DNA of 62,513 nucleotides, the filler included. It is 4 parts of 4 records of this genome, joined end to end, with 100 filler letters (N's around TTAATTAATTAA, not from the genome) between each part and the next. Parts side by side here need not be neighbours in the genome. Positions count along the whole stretch, not along the records: positions 22,721 to 39,691 come from SRR20825010_90; 3 more parts are not named here. The stretch is one strand, 5' to 3'. Below, piece by piece: positions 28,703-38,506 of this stretch; within the stretch, counting starts at the first letter, position 1; each line of letters begins with the position of its first letter. The position numbers were made by a program, and so were the translations under genes. Below the pieces are notes generated by a model, which was not told where the DNA came from, ran no database searches, and worked only from the letters and a program-made list of their open reading frames with translations.

Positions 28703-30055
28703 TTAATCCAAAGGCCCGGGGGTCTTTTTCCGTTTCACTGTGGCGAAGCCACCCTTGGTGTCCTGGGTGGGCGGCTTGGCATTGCGTTTGGGTCTGGCGG
28801 TTTTTTTCTTGGCTCCGGATTTCTTGATGCCTTTTTTGGCATCTTCTTTCTTCTTCATTTTTTTCTTTTTATTGCCGGCGGCCTTGCCGTTGGACTTCAG
28901 GTTTTTCGGCCCCAGGAAGTTGCCACGCAGGGCTTCCACCAGACGGTATTCAAAGTTCTGGCGCAGGTAGCGTTGAATGCCGGCCATCAGGTTCCATTCG
29001 TGGGCGGCGATCAGGGAAATCGCGGTGCCTTCACCCCCCACCCGACCGGTGCGCCCAATACGATGCACGTACTCGTCGCCACTGCGGGGCATGTCAAAGT
29101 TGATCACCAGATCCAGGTTATCCACGTGAATGCCACGGGCAGCCACGTCGGTGGCGACCAGCACTTTCACGGCACCGGCCTTGAGGCGATCCATGGCCAG
29201 CTTGCGGTCTTTCTGGTCTTTCTCGCCGTGCAGCACAAACACTTTCAGGTTGGAGGCCACCAGCACGCCGCCAAGCCGATCCGCCTGCTCGCGGGTGTTG
29301 GTGAACACCACAGCCTTCTCGTAGGTCTCGTTGGCCAGCAGCCATTGCACCAGCCGCTCTTTGTGCTTCACGTCATCGGCGGTAATGATTTGCTGGCTGA
29401 CGGACTCGTTCAGGTCGCGCACGGAATCGAGCACCAGCGATTTGGGGTCACGGAGTACGCTGCTAATCATGTTTTCCATGGCGTTACCGCCAGTGGTGGC
29501 GGAAAACAGCAGAGTCTGCCGCTCGGCGCGGCATTCCGCAGCCAGACGCAGCACGTCGTCGTTGAAGCCCATATCGAGCATGCGATCGGACTCATCCAGC
29601 ACCAGCATTTCCAGGTCCTGCAGGAGCAGGTTGCCCGCGTCCAGGTGCTCGATAAGGCGCCCCGGCGTGCCAATCAGGATTTCCGGGTTCTTGCGCATTT
29701 TCGCGGCCTGCACCTTGAAGTCTTCACCGCCGGTCAACAGCTCTGCCTTGATAAAGGTGTAACGGCCCAGTGCCTCTACCTGCTTGAGGGTTTGCTGAGC
29801 CAGCTCGCGGGTGGGCAGCAGAATCAGGGCACGGGTGTCGGTGCGCGGGCGGGAATACTGGAGCAGCTGATGCAGCATGGGCAGCAGGAACGCCGCCGTT
29901 TTACCGCTGCCGGTGCGGGCCACCACCCGTAAATCACGGCCTTCAAGCGCTGCCGGAATTGCTGCCGTCTGAACAGGGGTCGGGGTGGTAATTTCCAGCT
30001 CGCCAAGCGCCTTGATCAAGCGCTCGTGCAGGTTCAGGTCGGCAAACGAAGACAT
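28703..30055 (-). CDS. DEAD-box RNA helicase (SrmB-like)
   Basis: PTPVQ, TGSGKT, PTRELA, TPGRL, DESD, SAT, ARGIH, HRIGRTGR. Lys-rich tail. Confidence 0.92.
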   Translation of the reverse strand: MSSFADLNLHERLIKALGELEITTPTPVQTAAIPAALEGRDLRVVARTGSGKTAAFLLPMLHQLLQYSRPRTDTRALILLPTRELAQQTLKQVEALGRYTFIKAELLTGGEDFKVQAAKMRKNPEILIGTPGRLIEHLDAGNLLLQDLEMLVLDESDRMLDMGFNDDVLRLAAECRAERQTLLFSATTGGNAMENMISSVLRDPKSLVLDSVRDLNESVSQQIITADDVKHKERLVQWLLANETYEKAVVFTNTREQADRLGGVLVASNLKVFVLHGEKDQKDRKLAMDRLKAGAVKVLVATDVAARGIHVDNLDLVINFDMPRSGDEYVHRIGRTGRVGGEGTAISLIAAHEWNLMAGIQRYLRQNFEYRLVEALRGNFLGPKNLKSNGKAAGNKKKKMKKKEDAKKGIKKSGAKKKTARPKRNAKPPTQDTKGGFATVKRKKTPGPLD

Positions 30056-30107
30056 AACGGGCTAACTCCATGAATAAGGCGGCTATTGTAGCATCCGAGG
30101 GAGATTA

Positions 30108-30264
30108 AAGTGGAAAGTTAAAAGTTGAAACGCGGTGATCCGCACCTCTCAGCCGGAGGGGGTATCGCTTCGCGCTGGCAACATAGCTTGAACGCGCCCT
30201 CCGCCAACCAACCCACCAACAGCCCAGCTCGCGCCTTTCAACTTTTAACTTTGAACTTTCAACT
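30108..30264. repeat. Heptamer-armed inverted intergenic element, family A copy 2
   Basis: AAGTGGA AAGTTAA AAGTTGA AACGCG ... CGCG-CCTT-TCAACTT TTAACTT TGAACTT TCAACT. Confidence 0.8.
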
Positions 30265-30479
30265 CAGTCGCCTATCCGCGCAAAACGGGGTTGCACCTTG
30301 CCGTCCCGGTCCACGGTTTCGGTGAACATGGCCAGCGGGCGCACCCACAGGGCCTGATCACCGTAGAGCGGATGATAGACCACCACGGTTTCGCCGGTTT
30401 CGGAATGGGTGGCCAGGCCGATCACCTGGTATTCGTTACCCTTGAAGTGCCGATAGCGGCCAGGCTGTAGTGCGCTCAT
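30264..30479 (-). CDS. DUF1653 family protein
   Basis: GRYRHFKGNEYQV, HSETGE, VVYHPLYG, LWVRPLAMF, PRF. Confidence 0.9.
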   Translation of the reverse strand: MSALQPGRYRHFKGNEYQVIGLATHSETGETVVVYHPLYGDQALWVRPLAMFTETVDRDGKVQPRFARIGD

Positions 30480-31189
30480 GGCAGATCTCCCGGTAATGGG
30501 CTTCGCGCCAGGCGCTCGGCAATGGCTGCCAGCACCTGCGGGTTCCAGGGCAGGCCCACGTGGGTGCCCTGCACTTCCACATTTTCAGTCAGCGGACCCT
30601 CTTCTTCCTGGCTGCATTGCCAGGCCACGATACCGTCTTGCCGGGTGAAAATGGCGGTGCAGGGTACCGGCGGCGCCGCGATGCGCTGGTTAAAGGCCTC
30701 CCGGTCCGCCGGCGGGCGGTTCGGGTTAAACAGGTTGAAGATCGTGGAGACGTTGTTGGCTTCCGGGTCGCCATTGATGGGGCTGCCCAGGGTAAACACC
30801 TGACTCACTTGATCGGGAAAGGCCCGCGCCAGCTCCCGGGCAAACACGCCGCCCAGGCTCCAGCCCACCAGCGCCACCGGTTGCCCGTGGCGCGCACTGA
30901 TCGCCTGCAGGTGAGTAACTAACAGGTTTTTACGTTTGCTGTTGATGCCCGTATTGGTGCCCTGGGCCCAACCGTAGACGTTATAGCCCAGCTTGCTTAA
31001 CGCCCGGCGCAGTGGCCGCGTACTCACGTCACTGGCGCCAAAACCGGGCAACACAAGCACCGGCTGGCCCTTGCCCAGCGGCAGCTGCCGATGGCCCAGC
31101 CCCCGCAGAAGATAACGGCCATAGGCCCACGCGGCGCGGCTTTCACCCAGCAGCAACTTGATGGATGGTGGTGCGATCGTTGTTGTCAT
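30476..31189 (-). CDS. Alpha/beta hydrolase (lipase/esterase-like)
   Basis: VLVLPGF, GWSLGG, TLGSP, DGIV, THVGL. Confidence 0.88.
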   Translation of the reverse strand: MTTTIAPPSIKLLLGESRAAWAYGRYLLRGLGHRQLPLGKGQPVLVLPGFGASDVSTRPLRRALSKLGYNVYGWAQGTNTGINSKRKNLLVTHLQAISARHGQPVALVGWSLGGVFARELARAFPDQVSQVFTLGSPINGDPEANNVSTIFNLFNPNRPPADREAFNQRIAAPPVPCTAIFTRQDGIVAWQCSQEEEGPLTENVEVQGTHVGLPWNPQVLAAIAERLARSPLPGDLP

Positions 31190-31436
31190 TACTGGCCCTC
31201 CGGCCTTTTTCCTGGCGCCTGCCGCAGGCCGGTTTATTAACCTGCCGGCAACGGCGCATTTGCAACAATGGTAACCTGTCAGGAAGGGGCGGGGATGGCT
31301 GACTGGCGACAGCCTGCAGCCAGAGAGTCAATGATTTGCCGGGGAACGGTCTGCGGCGAATACAGTCATACCCTGCCAACAAGGGTGCACACGGCACCCC
31401 GTTTACGAATACGGCTTTCACGATCAAGGAGCGCCC

Positions 31437-32003
31437 ATGAAAAAAGGACTCATCGCTTTTATTACCGCCTCACTGCTGAGCAGCACTGGCTTGGCCATGG
31501 CCAAATCTCCGGACAGCCCCAAAGTGTTTGGCTGGGTGGAAAAATCCACCCTGGTGCCCTGGGGGGTGGAATTGAAGACCAAGCTGGACAGCGGCGCGCT
31601 TACCTCTTCCCTGCATGCCACCGATGTGGAAGTGTTCGAAAAAGACGGTGAGGACTGGGTTCGCTTTACCGTGGATGTGGAAGACCAGGCCACCGGTACA
31701 AAAGTGGAAAAGACCTTCGAGAAGCCCCGCTATCGGAAAGTCACCATTCGTGGCGCCGGTGGCACGGAACGTCGCCCGGTAGTGCTGATGAAGGTGTGCA
31801 TGGGCAACACCGTGTATGAAGAGCAGTTCACCCTGAACGACCGTTCGGACATGATCTATCCAATCCTGCTGGGTCGTCGCACCATTTCCCATTTGGGCTA
31901 TCTGGACGTGACCCAGACCTTCCAGCATTCACCTCAGTGCGATGAAAACTCACCGGTGAAGATGGACAAGGACCAGCAGGACGATGAGGATATCAACGAC
32001 TAA
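31437..32003 (+). CDS. Secreted retropepsin-like (RimK-associated, 'ATP-dependent Zn protease' family) protein
   Basis: Signal peptide, FGWVE, KLDSGALTSSLHA, ERRPVV, FTLNDRSDMIYPILLGR. Confidence 0.85.
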   Translation: MKKGLIAFITASLLSSTGLAMAKSPDSPKVFGWVEKSTLVPWGVELKTKLDSGALTSSLHATDVEVFEKDGEDWVRFTVDVEDQATGTKVEKTFEKPRYRKVTIRGAGGTERRPVVLMKVCMGNTVYEEQFTLNDRSDMIYPILLGRRTISHLGYLDVTQTFQHSPQCDENSPVKMDKDQQDDEDIND

Positions 32004-32177
32004 CGCAAGATGCCTCACGCCTGACGCACCACGCAACAACGCGGGTTAACCCTCTTGAGGCTTGAAAGACTGTGCCCGCGCTGACACCTTCAGCGCGGGC
32101 ACAGCTTTACTGAAAAAGATAACACCCTTCGCATTTTTACGTGATGAGTGCTACGTGATGCATGCAGCGTGAAGCGT
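32003..32177. repeat. Heptamer-armed inverted intergenic element, family B copy 3
   Basis: Five ACGCnnn-type heptamers + AACGCG, 15-bp central stem CTGTGCCCGCGCTGA/TCAGCGCGGGCACAG, right arm ending GCAGCGT GAAGCGT. Confidence 0.78.
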
Positions 32178-32181
32178 CTCT

Positions 32182-33078
32182 TTAAACGTCAAAATAGCCG
32201 TACAGGCTGTCCAGCGCTTCGCGCAGCACTGTGCCTTGCAGGCTGATGCGCGCCTGCAACTCTGCTACCGCATCGTCCGCATCCAGCGCATCGATATTTT
32301 CCTGCAATAGATCCAGCGGTTTGATGCGCTTGATCTCCAGCTTTTCATTGATATCCAGTTCCAGCGAATCCTGCCACGCCAGATTGATGCGGGTAGCGAC
32401 CATGCCGGTTTCCAGGTGCGCAAGAATTTCTTCCTGACCCAGATCCACGGCGGTGAACTTCACCGCGGCGCCTTCGTCCTTGATGCCTTTCAGTTCGCAA
32501 CGGTCACCCAGGGTGAAACCTTCCGGCAACAGCTTGGTATCACGCAGCCAGTTACTGAAACTGGTGTAAGGAGCAGAATTCGGCGCGGGGTACGCCACGG
32601 GCAGGGAGCCGATGGCTTTACGCAGGCAGGCGATCACTTCTTCGCCGCGGCTGGCGGAGGAAGAATCCACCATCACCCGCTTGCGTTCAGTATCGATCAG
32701 CAGCGAGGTGCGGCGTGAGCGGGTAAATGCCCGCGGCATCAGCTCAAAGGTAATCTGCTCTTTCAGATCCGCCTTTTCCTTACGCCCCACCTTGCGGCCT
32801 TCTTCCTGCTGGATGTGCTCCACCTTCTCGTCCAGCAGCTCCTTGATCACCGGCCCGGGCAACAGGCGGGCGGTTTCCTGATAGGTACAGAAAATAAACC
32901 CGTCCACCGCGTAGGCCATGGGGTCCTGCCCCTTGAGCGGCGGCACAAAGCCTTCGGTGCGCTCGGTTTGCGAACCGCACGGCTGGCAGCGGTTCTGGTC
33001 CAGAATCTCATCCAGTTCGGCCACGGAACAGGGAAAGGCTTCTTCGCCCACAAAGACAGTCAGGTTCTTGATCCACAT
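32182..33078 (-). CDS. rdgC: Recombination-associated protein RdgC
   Basis: MWIKNL, GFVPP, LLPGPVIKE, EGRKVGRKEK, LMPRAFTRS, LRKAIGSLPV. Confidence 0.9.
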   Translation of the reverse strand: MWIKNLTVFVGEEAFPCSVAELDEILDQNRCQPCGSQTERTEGFVPPLKGQDPMAYAVDGFIFCTYQETARLLPGPVIKELLDEKVEHIQQEEGRKVGRKEKADLKEQITFELMPRAFTRSRRTSLLIDTERKRVMVDSSSASRGEEVIACLRKAIGSLPVAYPAPNSAPYTSFSNWLRDTKLLPEGFTLGDRCELKGIKDEGAAVKFTAVDLGQEEILAHLETGMVATRINLAWQDSLELDINEKLEIKRIKPLDLLQENIDALDADDAVAELQARISLQGTVLREALDSLYGYFDV

Positions 33079-33351
33079 AGAGTTTTCCAAAAGCAGGGGC
33101 AGTGAGAAAAGGCACTGCCGATAATGAGGGCGGCCAACGCCGGTCGGCCACAGTAGCGAAATGCCGGGGGCGGCTCAAGCAGGGAAACCGCTGGAGCCAA
33201 GAATCAGGAAACGTGCCCCTGCTGGAGAATCGAGCAAGGATTCGACAGGAACCCAACGGCGCCGGGGAAAGTCCCAGTAGTAGGATGGCAAATTGTTTCC
33301 CGTGTTGGCTTCCCCGCCAACGGGAATCCGCACGCTTTACAGGAGCAGACC

Positions 33352-34305
33352 ATGAAAACGCTGACGTTCGATAATGGCGACACCCTGCCCATGCTGGGCC
33401 TGGGCACCTGGAAATCCGAACCCGGCGAGGTGTACAAGGCGGTGAAGAGCGCCATTGAAACGGGCTTCCGCCACATCGACTGCGCCCATATTTACGGCAA
33501 CGAAGAGGAAATCGGCCAGGCCCTGAGCGATGTGTTCGCCGCCGGCACGGTAACCCGCGAAGAGCTGTGGATTACCTCCAAGCTGTGGAACAGTGACCAT
33601 GCCCCGGAAGATGTACAGCCCGCACTGGAAACCACCCTGCGCAACCTGCAGCTGGAATACCTGGACCTTTACCTGATGCACTGGCCAGTGGCCCTGAAGC
33701 CCGGCGTGCCCTTCCCGAAATCCGCAGACGACATGGTGTCCCTCAAGGAGCTGCCGGTGGAAACCACCTGGGCGGCCATGGAAGCGCTGGTGGACAACAA
33801 CCTGACCCGGCAAATCGGCGTGTCGAATTTCAGCGTGAAAAAGCTGCAGGACCTGATTGGCAAAGCCCGCTACAAACCGGCCATGAACCAGATTGAATTG
33901 CACCCCTACCTGCAACAGAAGGAGATGCTGGCGTTCTGCCAACAGCAAGGCATTCACCTCACCGACTATTCACCACTGGGATCATTTGACCGCCCTGCGG
34001 GCATGAAAGCCGATGACGAGCCGGTGCTGCTCGAAGACCCGGTGATCCTGGAAGTCGCCGACCGCCACGGCGCCTCCCCGGCACAGGTGCTGATCAGCTG
34101 GGCACTGCACCGTGACACCGTGGTGATCCCCAAATCCGTGAACCCGGAGCGCCTGAAGCAAAATCTGGCCGCAGCCGAGCTGTCACTCAGTGACGCGGAC
34201 ATGGATGCCATCCGCACCCTGGACAAGCACCGTCGCTACGTGGACGGCGGCTTCTGGGCCCAACCGGGCAGCGATTACACCCTGGCCAATCTTTGGGATG
34301 AGTAA
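33352..34305 (+). CDS. Aldo/keto reductase
   Basis: GLGTW, RHIDCAHIYGNE, ITSKLW, LDLYLMHWP, IGVSNF, NQIELHP, VIPKS. Confidence 0.93.
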   Translation: MKTLTFDNGDTLPMLGLGTWKSEPGEVYKAVKSAIETGFRHIDCAHIYGNEEEIGQALSDVFAAGTVTREELWITSKLWNSDHAPEDVQPALETTLRNLQLEYLDLYLMHWPVALKPGVPFPKSADDMVSLKELPVETTWAAMEALVDNNLTRQIGVSNFSVKKLQDLIGKARYKPAMNQIELHPYLQQKEMLAFCQQQGIHLTDYSPLGSFDRPAGMKADDEPVLLEDPVILEVADRHGASPAQVLISWALHRDTVVIPKSVNPERLKQNLAAAELSLSDADMDAIRTLDKHRRYVDGGFWAQPGSDYTLANLWDE

Positions 34306-34414
34306 GCGCGCCCCCTAAAGAAAAGCCAGACTGTCCTGTAACGACATGGCCGATCCTGTCATCTACTGGTATTCCTTATACACACGTTGCTATCAGTACT
34401 GACAAGGATCGACC

Positions 34415-35305
34415 ATGGATTACCTGCGCACCCCGGATTCCCGCTTCGAGCGACTGCTCGACTACCCCTTCGAACCGAACTACGTGGATGTGGGCGGGTT
34501 ACGCATGCACTACGTGGATGAGGGGCCGGCCGACGGCAAACCGGTGCTGATGCTGCATGGGGAGCCGTCCTGGTCGTACCTGTATCGGCACATGATTCCC
34601 ATCTGTGCCGCCGCCGGCCATCGCGTGATCGCCCCGGACCTGATCGGCTTCGGCAAATCAGACAAGCCTACCGATATCAATGCCTACAGTTACCAGAGCC
34701 ACATGGATTGGGTGAAATCGCTGCTTGATCAGCTGGATCTCACCGAGATCACGCTGGTCTGCCAGGATTGGGGGTCACTGATTGGCCTGCGCCTGGCTGC
34801 TGAAAACGAATCCCGCTTTCGCGCCATCGTCGTGGGCAACGGCATGCTGCCCACTGGCGATCAGCAGGCGCCAAAAGCGTTTCATCTGTGGAAGAACTTT
34901 GCGATCTACAGCCCTGTTCTGCCCATTTCCCGCATTCTGAATACCGCGACCTTCCGCAAACTGGGCCCGGACGAAATCCGCGCCTATGACGCACCGTTTC
35001 CCAACAGAAAATACAAGGCCGGGGCGCGGGCCTTTCCCAAGCTGGTACCGGTGACACCGAACGACCCGGCCAGCGATGCCAACCGGGCGGCCTGGACAAT
35101 TCTGGAGCAATGGAAAAAGCCCTTCCTGACCACCTTCAGCAACGGCGACCCGATTACCCGTGGCGGGGACAAGTACATGCAGGAACGGGTCCCCGGCGCG
35201 CAGGGGCAACCGCATCAAACATTGGTGGGCGGACATTTCTTACAAGAGGATTCCCCGGTGCAGTTTGCCCAGGCCGTGAATGGCTTGCTTGAAAAAATGG
35301 GCTAA
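34415..35305 (+). CDS. Haloalkane dehalogenase family hydrolase
   Basis: LRTPDSRF, HGEPSWSYLYR, PDLIGFGKSDKP, QDWG nucleophile Asp, GHFLQED. Confidence 0.9.
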   Translation: MDYLRTPDSRFERLLDYPFEPNYVDVGGLRMHYVDEGPADGKPVLMLHGEPSWSYLYRHMIPICAAAGHRVIAPDLIGFGKSDKPTDINAYSYQSHMDWVKSLLDQLDLTEITLVCQDWGSLIGLRLAAENESRFRAIVVGNGMLPTGDQQAPKAFHLWKNFAIYSPVLPISRILNTATFRKLGPDEIRAYDAPFPNRKYKAGARAFPKLVPVTPNDPASDANRAAWTILEQWKKPFLTTFSNGDPITRGGDKYMQERVPGAQGQPHQTLVGGHFLQEDSPVQFAQAVNGLLEKMG

Positions 35306-35327
35306 CCCGGGAACGCAAATCTGATTC

Positions 35328-35353
35328 GTGGGAGCCCGCAGGTGGGCTCCCAC
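35328..35353. terminator. Hairpin between convergent genes (terminator or REP remnant)
   Basis: GTGGGAGCCC...GGGCTCCCAC stem. No T-tract. Confidence 0.45.
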
Positions 35354-35365
35354 ACCTGACAACGG

Positions 35366-37162
35366 TCAGGCAGTTTGCAAACCGGGCTCGGCGCTGCTCA
35401 CCCGGGCCTTCACGTCCATATTCGACAAAAACTGCCCGAAATTCCGCTCACGCCCCAACTCATCGTCAAACCCCTGAACACGGTCATAGGCCACCCGGCC
35501 GTTAATGATGGTGGCCGTCACGGCGTCATCGTTGCGCTTCACCAGGCGGTTCAGCGAGGTGCCTTCCAGAGGCGCCCAGGTGACTTCATCCAATTCATCG
35601 GTCAAGCCTTGCGGATTCACGATAACCACATCCGCCCGGCTACCCTGACGCAAGCTGCCCGCCTGCAAACCAAACCAGTCCGCCAGATCCGCGGTTACCG
35701 CATTCACGCCTTCTGCCACACTCATGAAGGGCAACCCGGCTTCGTCCGCATCACGAACATATTTCAGCAATCGCAGCGGGAAGTTGTACTGGGCGATGGA
35801 TTCCAGATGCGCACCGGAATCGGCAAAGCCCACATGGGTATACGGGCTCGCCAGCAGCTTGTGCATGATCTCCGGCCGATGGTTGCCGTAATTGGTTTTC
35901 CAGCGCAGATCGCTGCGATATTGCACCGCCAAATCAAAGTAGGCGTCCACCGCATCCTTGCCTTCAACCGCACCGATTTCTTCAAAGTTTTTTCCGATCA
36001 GGGATGCATCCGGGCAATCCACCACCCAGCAATCACTGAAATCCCGGTGCCAGAGCCCTTTGGTGAACAAGGCATTAACGTGCTTTTTGAACAGTTTGCG
36101 AAAATCGGGATCATCCACCTTCGCGTACATGGCATCTTCATCCTTGTAATCACGCAGCAATTCACCGGATGAAAATTCCTCAAACGCATTCACATTCAGC
36201 CCACTGAGATGCAGGGTGAAGGGCGCCGGCAGTGTTTGCCAACGGAAATTGCCGCGCAGTACCCGGTTAGCCAGAAAGCCACTCAACCGGGTCACCACGT
36301 TCAACCAGGGGTTGGACTTGAGATCCAGCGCGGTGAGCATGGAGCACTTCATGGGGCGCCGGAAGAGCCCATGGGCCTGCCACAAAAAACGCAGCACATT
36401 CACTTTTTTCACCGCATCCGGCGCACCCTGCATCACCGCATTACGGCGCCGAAGAATGCGGAATAACCGTTTGAACTCCCCCCAGCGGGCATAGGTAGAG
36501 GGCAAGGGGCGGGACCAGGCGCGGTCGCCATCCACCTTGTCCAGCCGGGTGGTCATCAATGACAGTCCGATACAGCCTGCATCCAGAGCGTCTTCCAGCA
36601 AACACTCCATCTGTTGCAGCTCTTCTTCACTGGGTTTTTCCGGGGACGTCGCCCGCTCCAGGCCCATTACTGCCACACGGATATCGGAGTGCCCGACAAA
36701 GGAACCCACATTGGGACCCAGTGGCTGCCTGTCATAAAAGGCGCGATACCCGGCTGCATCGCGCCAGCTTTTTTTCTCTTCCAGAATCGGCAACACCGCT
36801 TCCCGGGGCACCGCTTCCACCCGGGTGAACAGGTCCGAACAATCTTCCGGTTGGGCATTGATCATGCTGATGGAACAGGAACCAATCAGCACCGAAGTGA
36901 CACCGTGCCGCACGGACTCTTTCAAGGACGGGGTGGCAATAACCTCGGCATCGTAATGGCTATGGGTTTCGATAAAGCCCGGCGTCACCCACTGCCCGGT
37001 GGCGTCATACACTCTGGGCGCAGCGTGTAACGGCAAGGGCACATCGCTGATAGTGACAACCCGCCCATCCCGGATTCCCAAATGACGAATCACGCCGTCC
37101 CGGCAACTGCCATCAAAGAACTGCCCATGGTTGATCACGATATCGTAGACGTATTGCTGCAT
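35366..37162 (-). CDS. N-acyl-D-amino-acid deacylase-like amidohydrolase
   Basis: PGFIETHSHYD, SVRHGVT, GSCS, ADSGAH, RADVVI, INGRV. GGAG precedes ATG 37162. Confidence 0.85.
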   Translation of the reverse strand: MQQYVYDIVINHGQFFDGSCRDGVIRHLGIRDGRVVTISDVPLPLHAAPRVYDATGQWVTPGFIETHSHYDAEVIATPSLKESVRHGVTSVLIGSCSISMINAQPEDCSDLFTRVEAVPREAVLPILEEKKSWRDAAGYRAFYDRQPLGPNVGSFVGHSDIRVAVMGLERATSPEKPSEEELQQMECLLEDALDAGCIGLSLMTTRLDKVDGDRAWSRPLPSTYARWGEFKRLFRILRRRNAVMQGAPDAVKKVNVLRFLWQAHGLFRRPMKCSMLTALDLKSNPWLNVVTRLSGFLANRVLRGNFRWQTLPAPFTLHLSGLNVNAFEEFSSGELLRDYKDEDAMYAKVDDPDFRKLFKKHVNALFTKGLWHRDFSDCWVVDCPDASLIGKNFEEIGAVEGKDAVDAYFDLAVQYRSDLRWKTNYGNHRPEIMHKLLASPYTHVGFADSGAHLESIAQYNFPLRLLKYVRDADEAGLPFMSVAEGVNAVTADLADWFGLQAGSLRQGSRADVVIVNPQGLTDELDEVTWAPLEGTSLNRLVKRNDDAVTATIINGRVAYDRVQGFDDELGRERNFGQFLSNMDVKARVSSAEPGLQTA

Positions 37163-37288
37163 GGTACTCCGCCGCGGTGTTGTTATTGGATAGAACGAAA
37201 TAGTGCGCGCACTGGCGCCAGCGTGAAGAGCAACAATAGGGAAGACGGCGCAAAGACACCCGGCCAATGCGCGACAGGAAATGGTTAA

Positions 37289-38506
37289 TCAGGGACAGGC
37301 TCGGGCCGTGGCGCTGGTGACTGCCGACCAGAATTCTACCCGGTTGCGGCCCTGCTGCTTGGCCTGGTACAGGGCTTCGTCCGCTCGGGACACCAGCTGG
37401 GATTCCGTTGTCTCCATGCCCGGAACAGCGACAACCACGCCAAAGCTGGCACTGACTGTCAGCGCAGTGCCATCGTCCAGAACGATGGGAGTGTCGTACA
37501 GTACCGCGCGACAGCGCTCCACCACATTCTTCGCACCCATCCGGCCGGTCGCGGGCAGCACCAACACAAACTCTTCGCCACCAATGCGGCCGATGCGATC
37601 GGTTTCCCGCAGGGTCTGGCGCAGCCGCTCCGCCACCCGCACCAGTACGGTATCCCCCGCAGCATGGCCATGGCGGTCATTGATCTGCTTGAAGTGATCC
37701 AGGTCCAGCACACACACCGACAGGTCTTCCCCGGCGCGCCGGGCCCGGGCAATTTCATGGGCAAACTGATCAAACAGGGCACGCCGGTTTGCCAGCCCGG
37801 TGAGCGGATCCTGCACCGCCATGGCCCGCACCTGGGCTTCACGGGATACCCAGCGGCGCAGCAGCAGGGACACCAGCGTCAGTACCGCCGTTACAAAAGG
37901 CACCGCAAAAGCAACGGTGCTGGCAATCCAGTAATAGGAAAGGGAATCCTTGGCTGTGGGGTCGGCACGGAAATACAACGCGTAAGTGTCATAACCGCTG
38001 GCAGACAGCCAGGCCAGCAACAACACCATCAGCGTGCCCACCGTGAAACCCCAGGCCACGGGCTGGAAGCCAAACAGGATGAATCCCACCAGGGGTGAGC
38101 CGAGCAGCACCATTCCCGTCATCGGGCTATACAGACCTAACATCAGGGCCAACAGCAGAAAGCTGAAGCCAAAAAACTGCACAAAGCAGTGCACAAAAAG
38201 CCGGGACTGGCGCCGTTTTTTACGCAACACGGCCGCCCAGGCAATCATCACCAGATAGCCGCTCACATTGAACAACAACACCCCGGTAAACTGCCGAGCC
38301 CCTGTGGGGGAAACATATTGCGCACCGAAGTCAGTGAAGAACGCGGTAACCAGGTGCCAGACCAGATAGAGAAGCATGTAGACAGACAGCAACACCGACA
38401 GCAACATGCATTTGTCGCTGTCACTCCAGTCGAGCAATCGGTAAATCTTCGGTGATCTCGAAGCGGCTTTTCGCATAAGCAACCGTGACCCAGTCCACAC
38501 ACCCAT
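37289..38506 (-). CDS. Membrane-bound diguanylate cyclase
   Basis: Multiple TM helices, DPLTGLANRR, DLDHFKQIND, RETD I-site, GGEEF, ADEALYQAK. Confidence 0.92.
   Translation of the reverse strand: MGVWTGSRLLMRKAASRSPKIYRLLDWSDSDKCMLLSVLLSVYMLLYLVWHLVTAFFTDFGAQYVSPTGARQFTGVLLFNVSGYLVMIAWAAVLRKKRRQSRLFVHCFVQFFGFSFLLLALMLGLYSPMTGMVLLGSPLVGFILFGFQPVAWGFTVGTLMVLLLAWLSASGYDTYALYFRADPTAKDSLSYYWIASTVAFAVPFVTAVLTLVSLLLRRWVSREAQVRAMAVQDPLTGLANRRALFDQFAHEIARARRAGEDLSVCVLDLDHFKQINDRHGHAAGDTVLVRVAERLRQTLRETDRIGRIGGEEFVLVLPATGRMGAKNVVERCRAVLYDTPIVLDDGTALTVSASFGVVVAVPGMETTESQLVSRADEALYQAKQQGRNRVEFWSAVTSATARACP

Noticed and set aside
31343-31370. ECF-sigma-like promoter GGAAC-N17-GTC upstream of the secreted protease
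   Set aside because: The motif is too short to call without a transcription start or conservation.
25358-32177. Heptamer elements as a CRISPR array or integron attC sites
   Set aside because: No direct repeat-spacer periodicity, no cas or integrase gene, and the flanking genes are housekeeping genes in mixed orientation.
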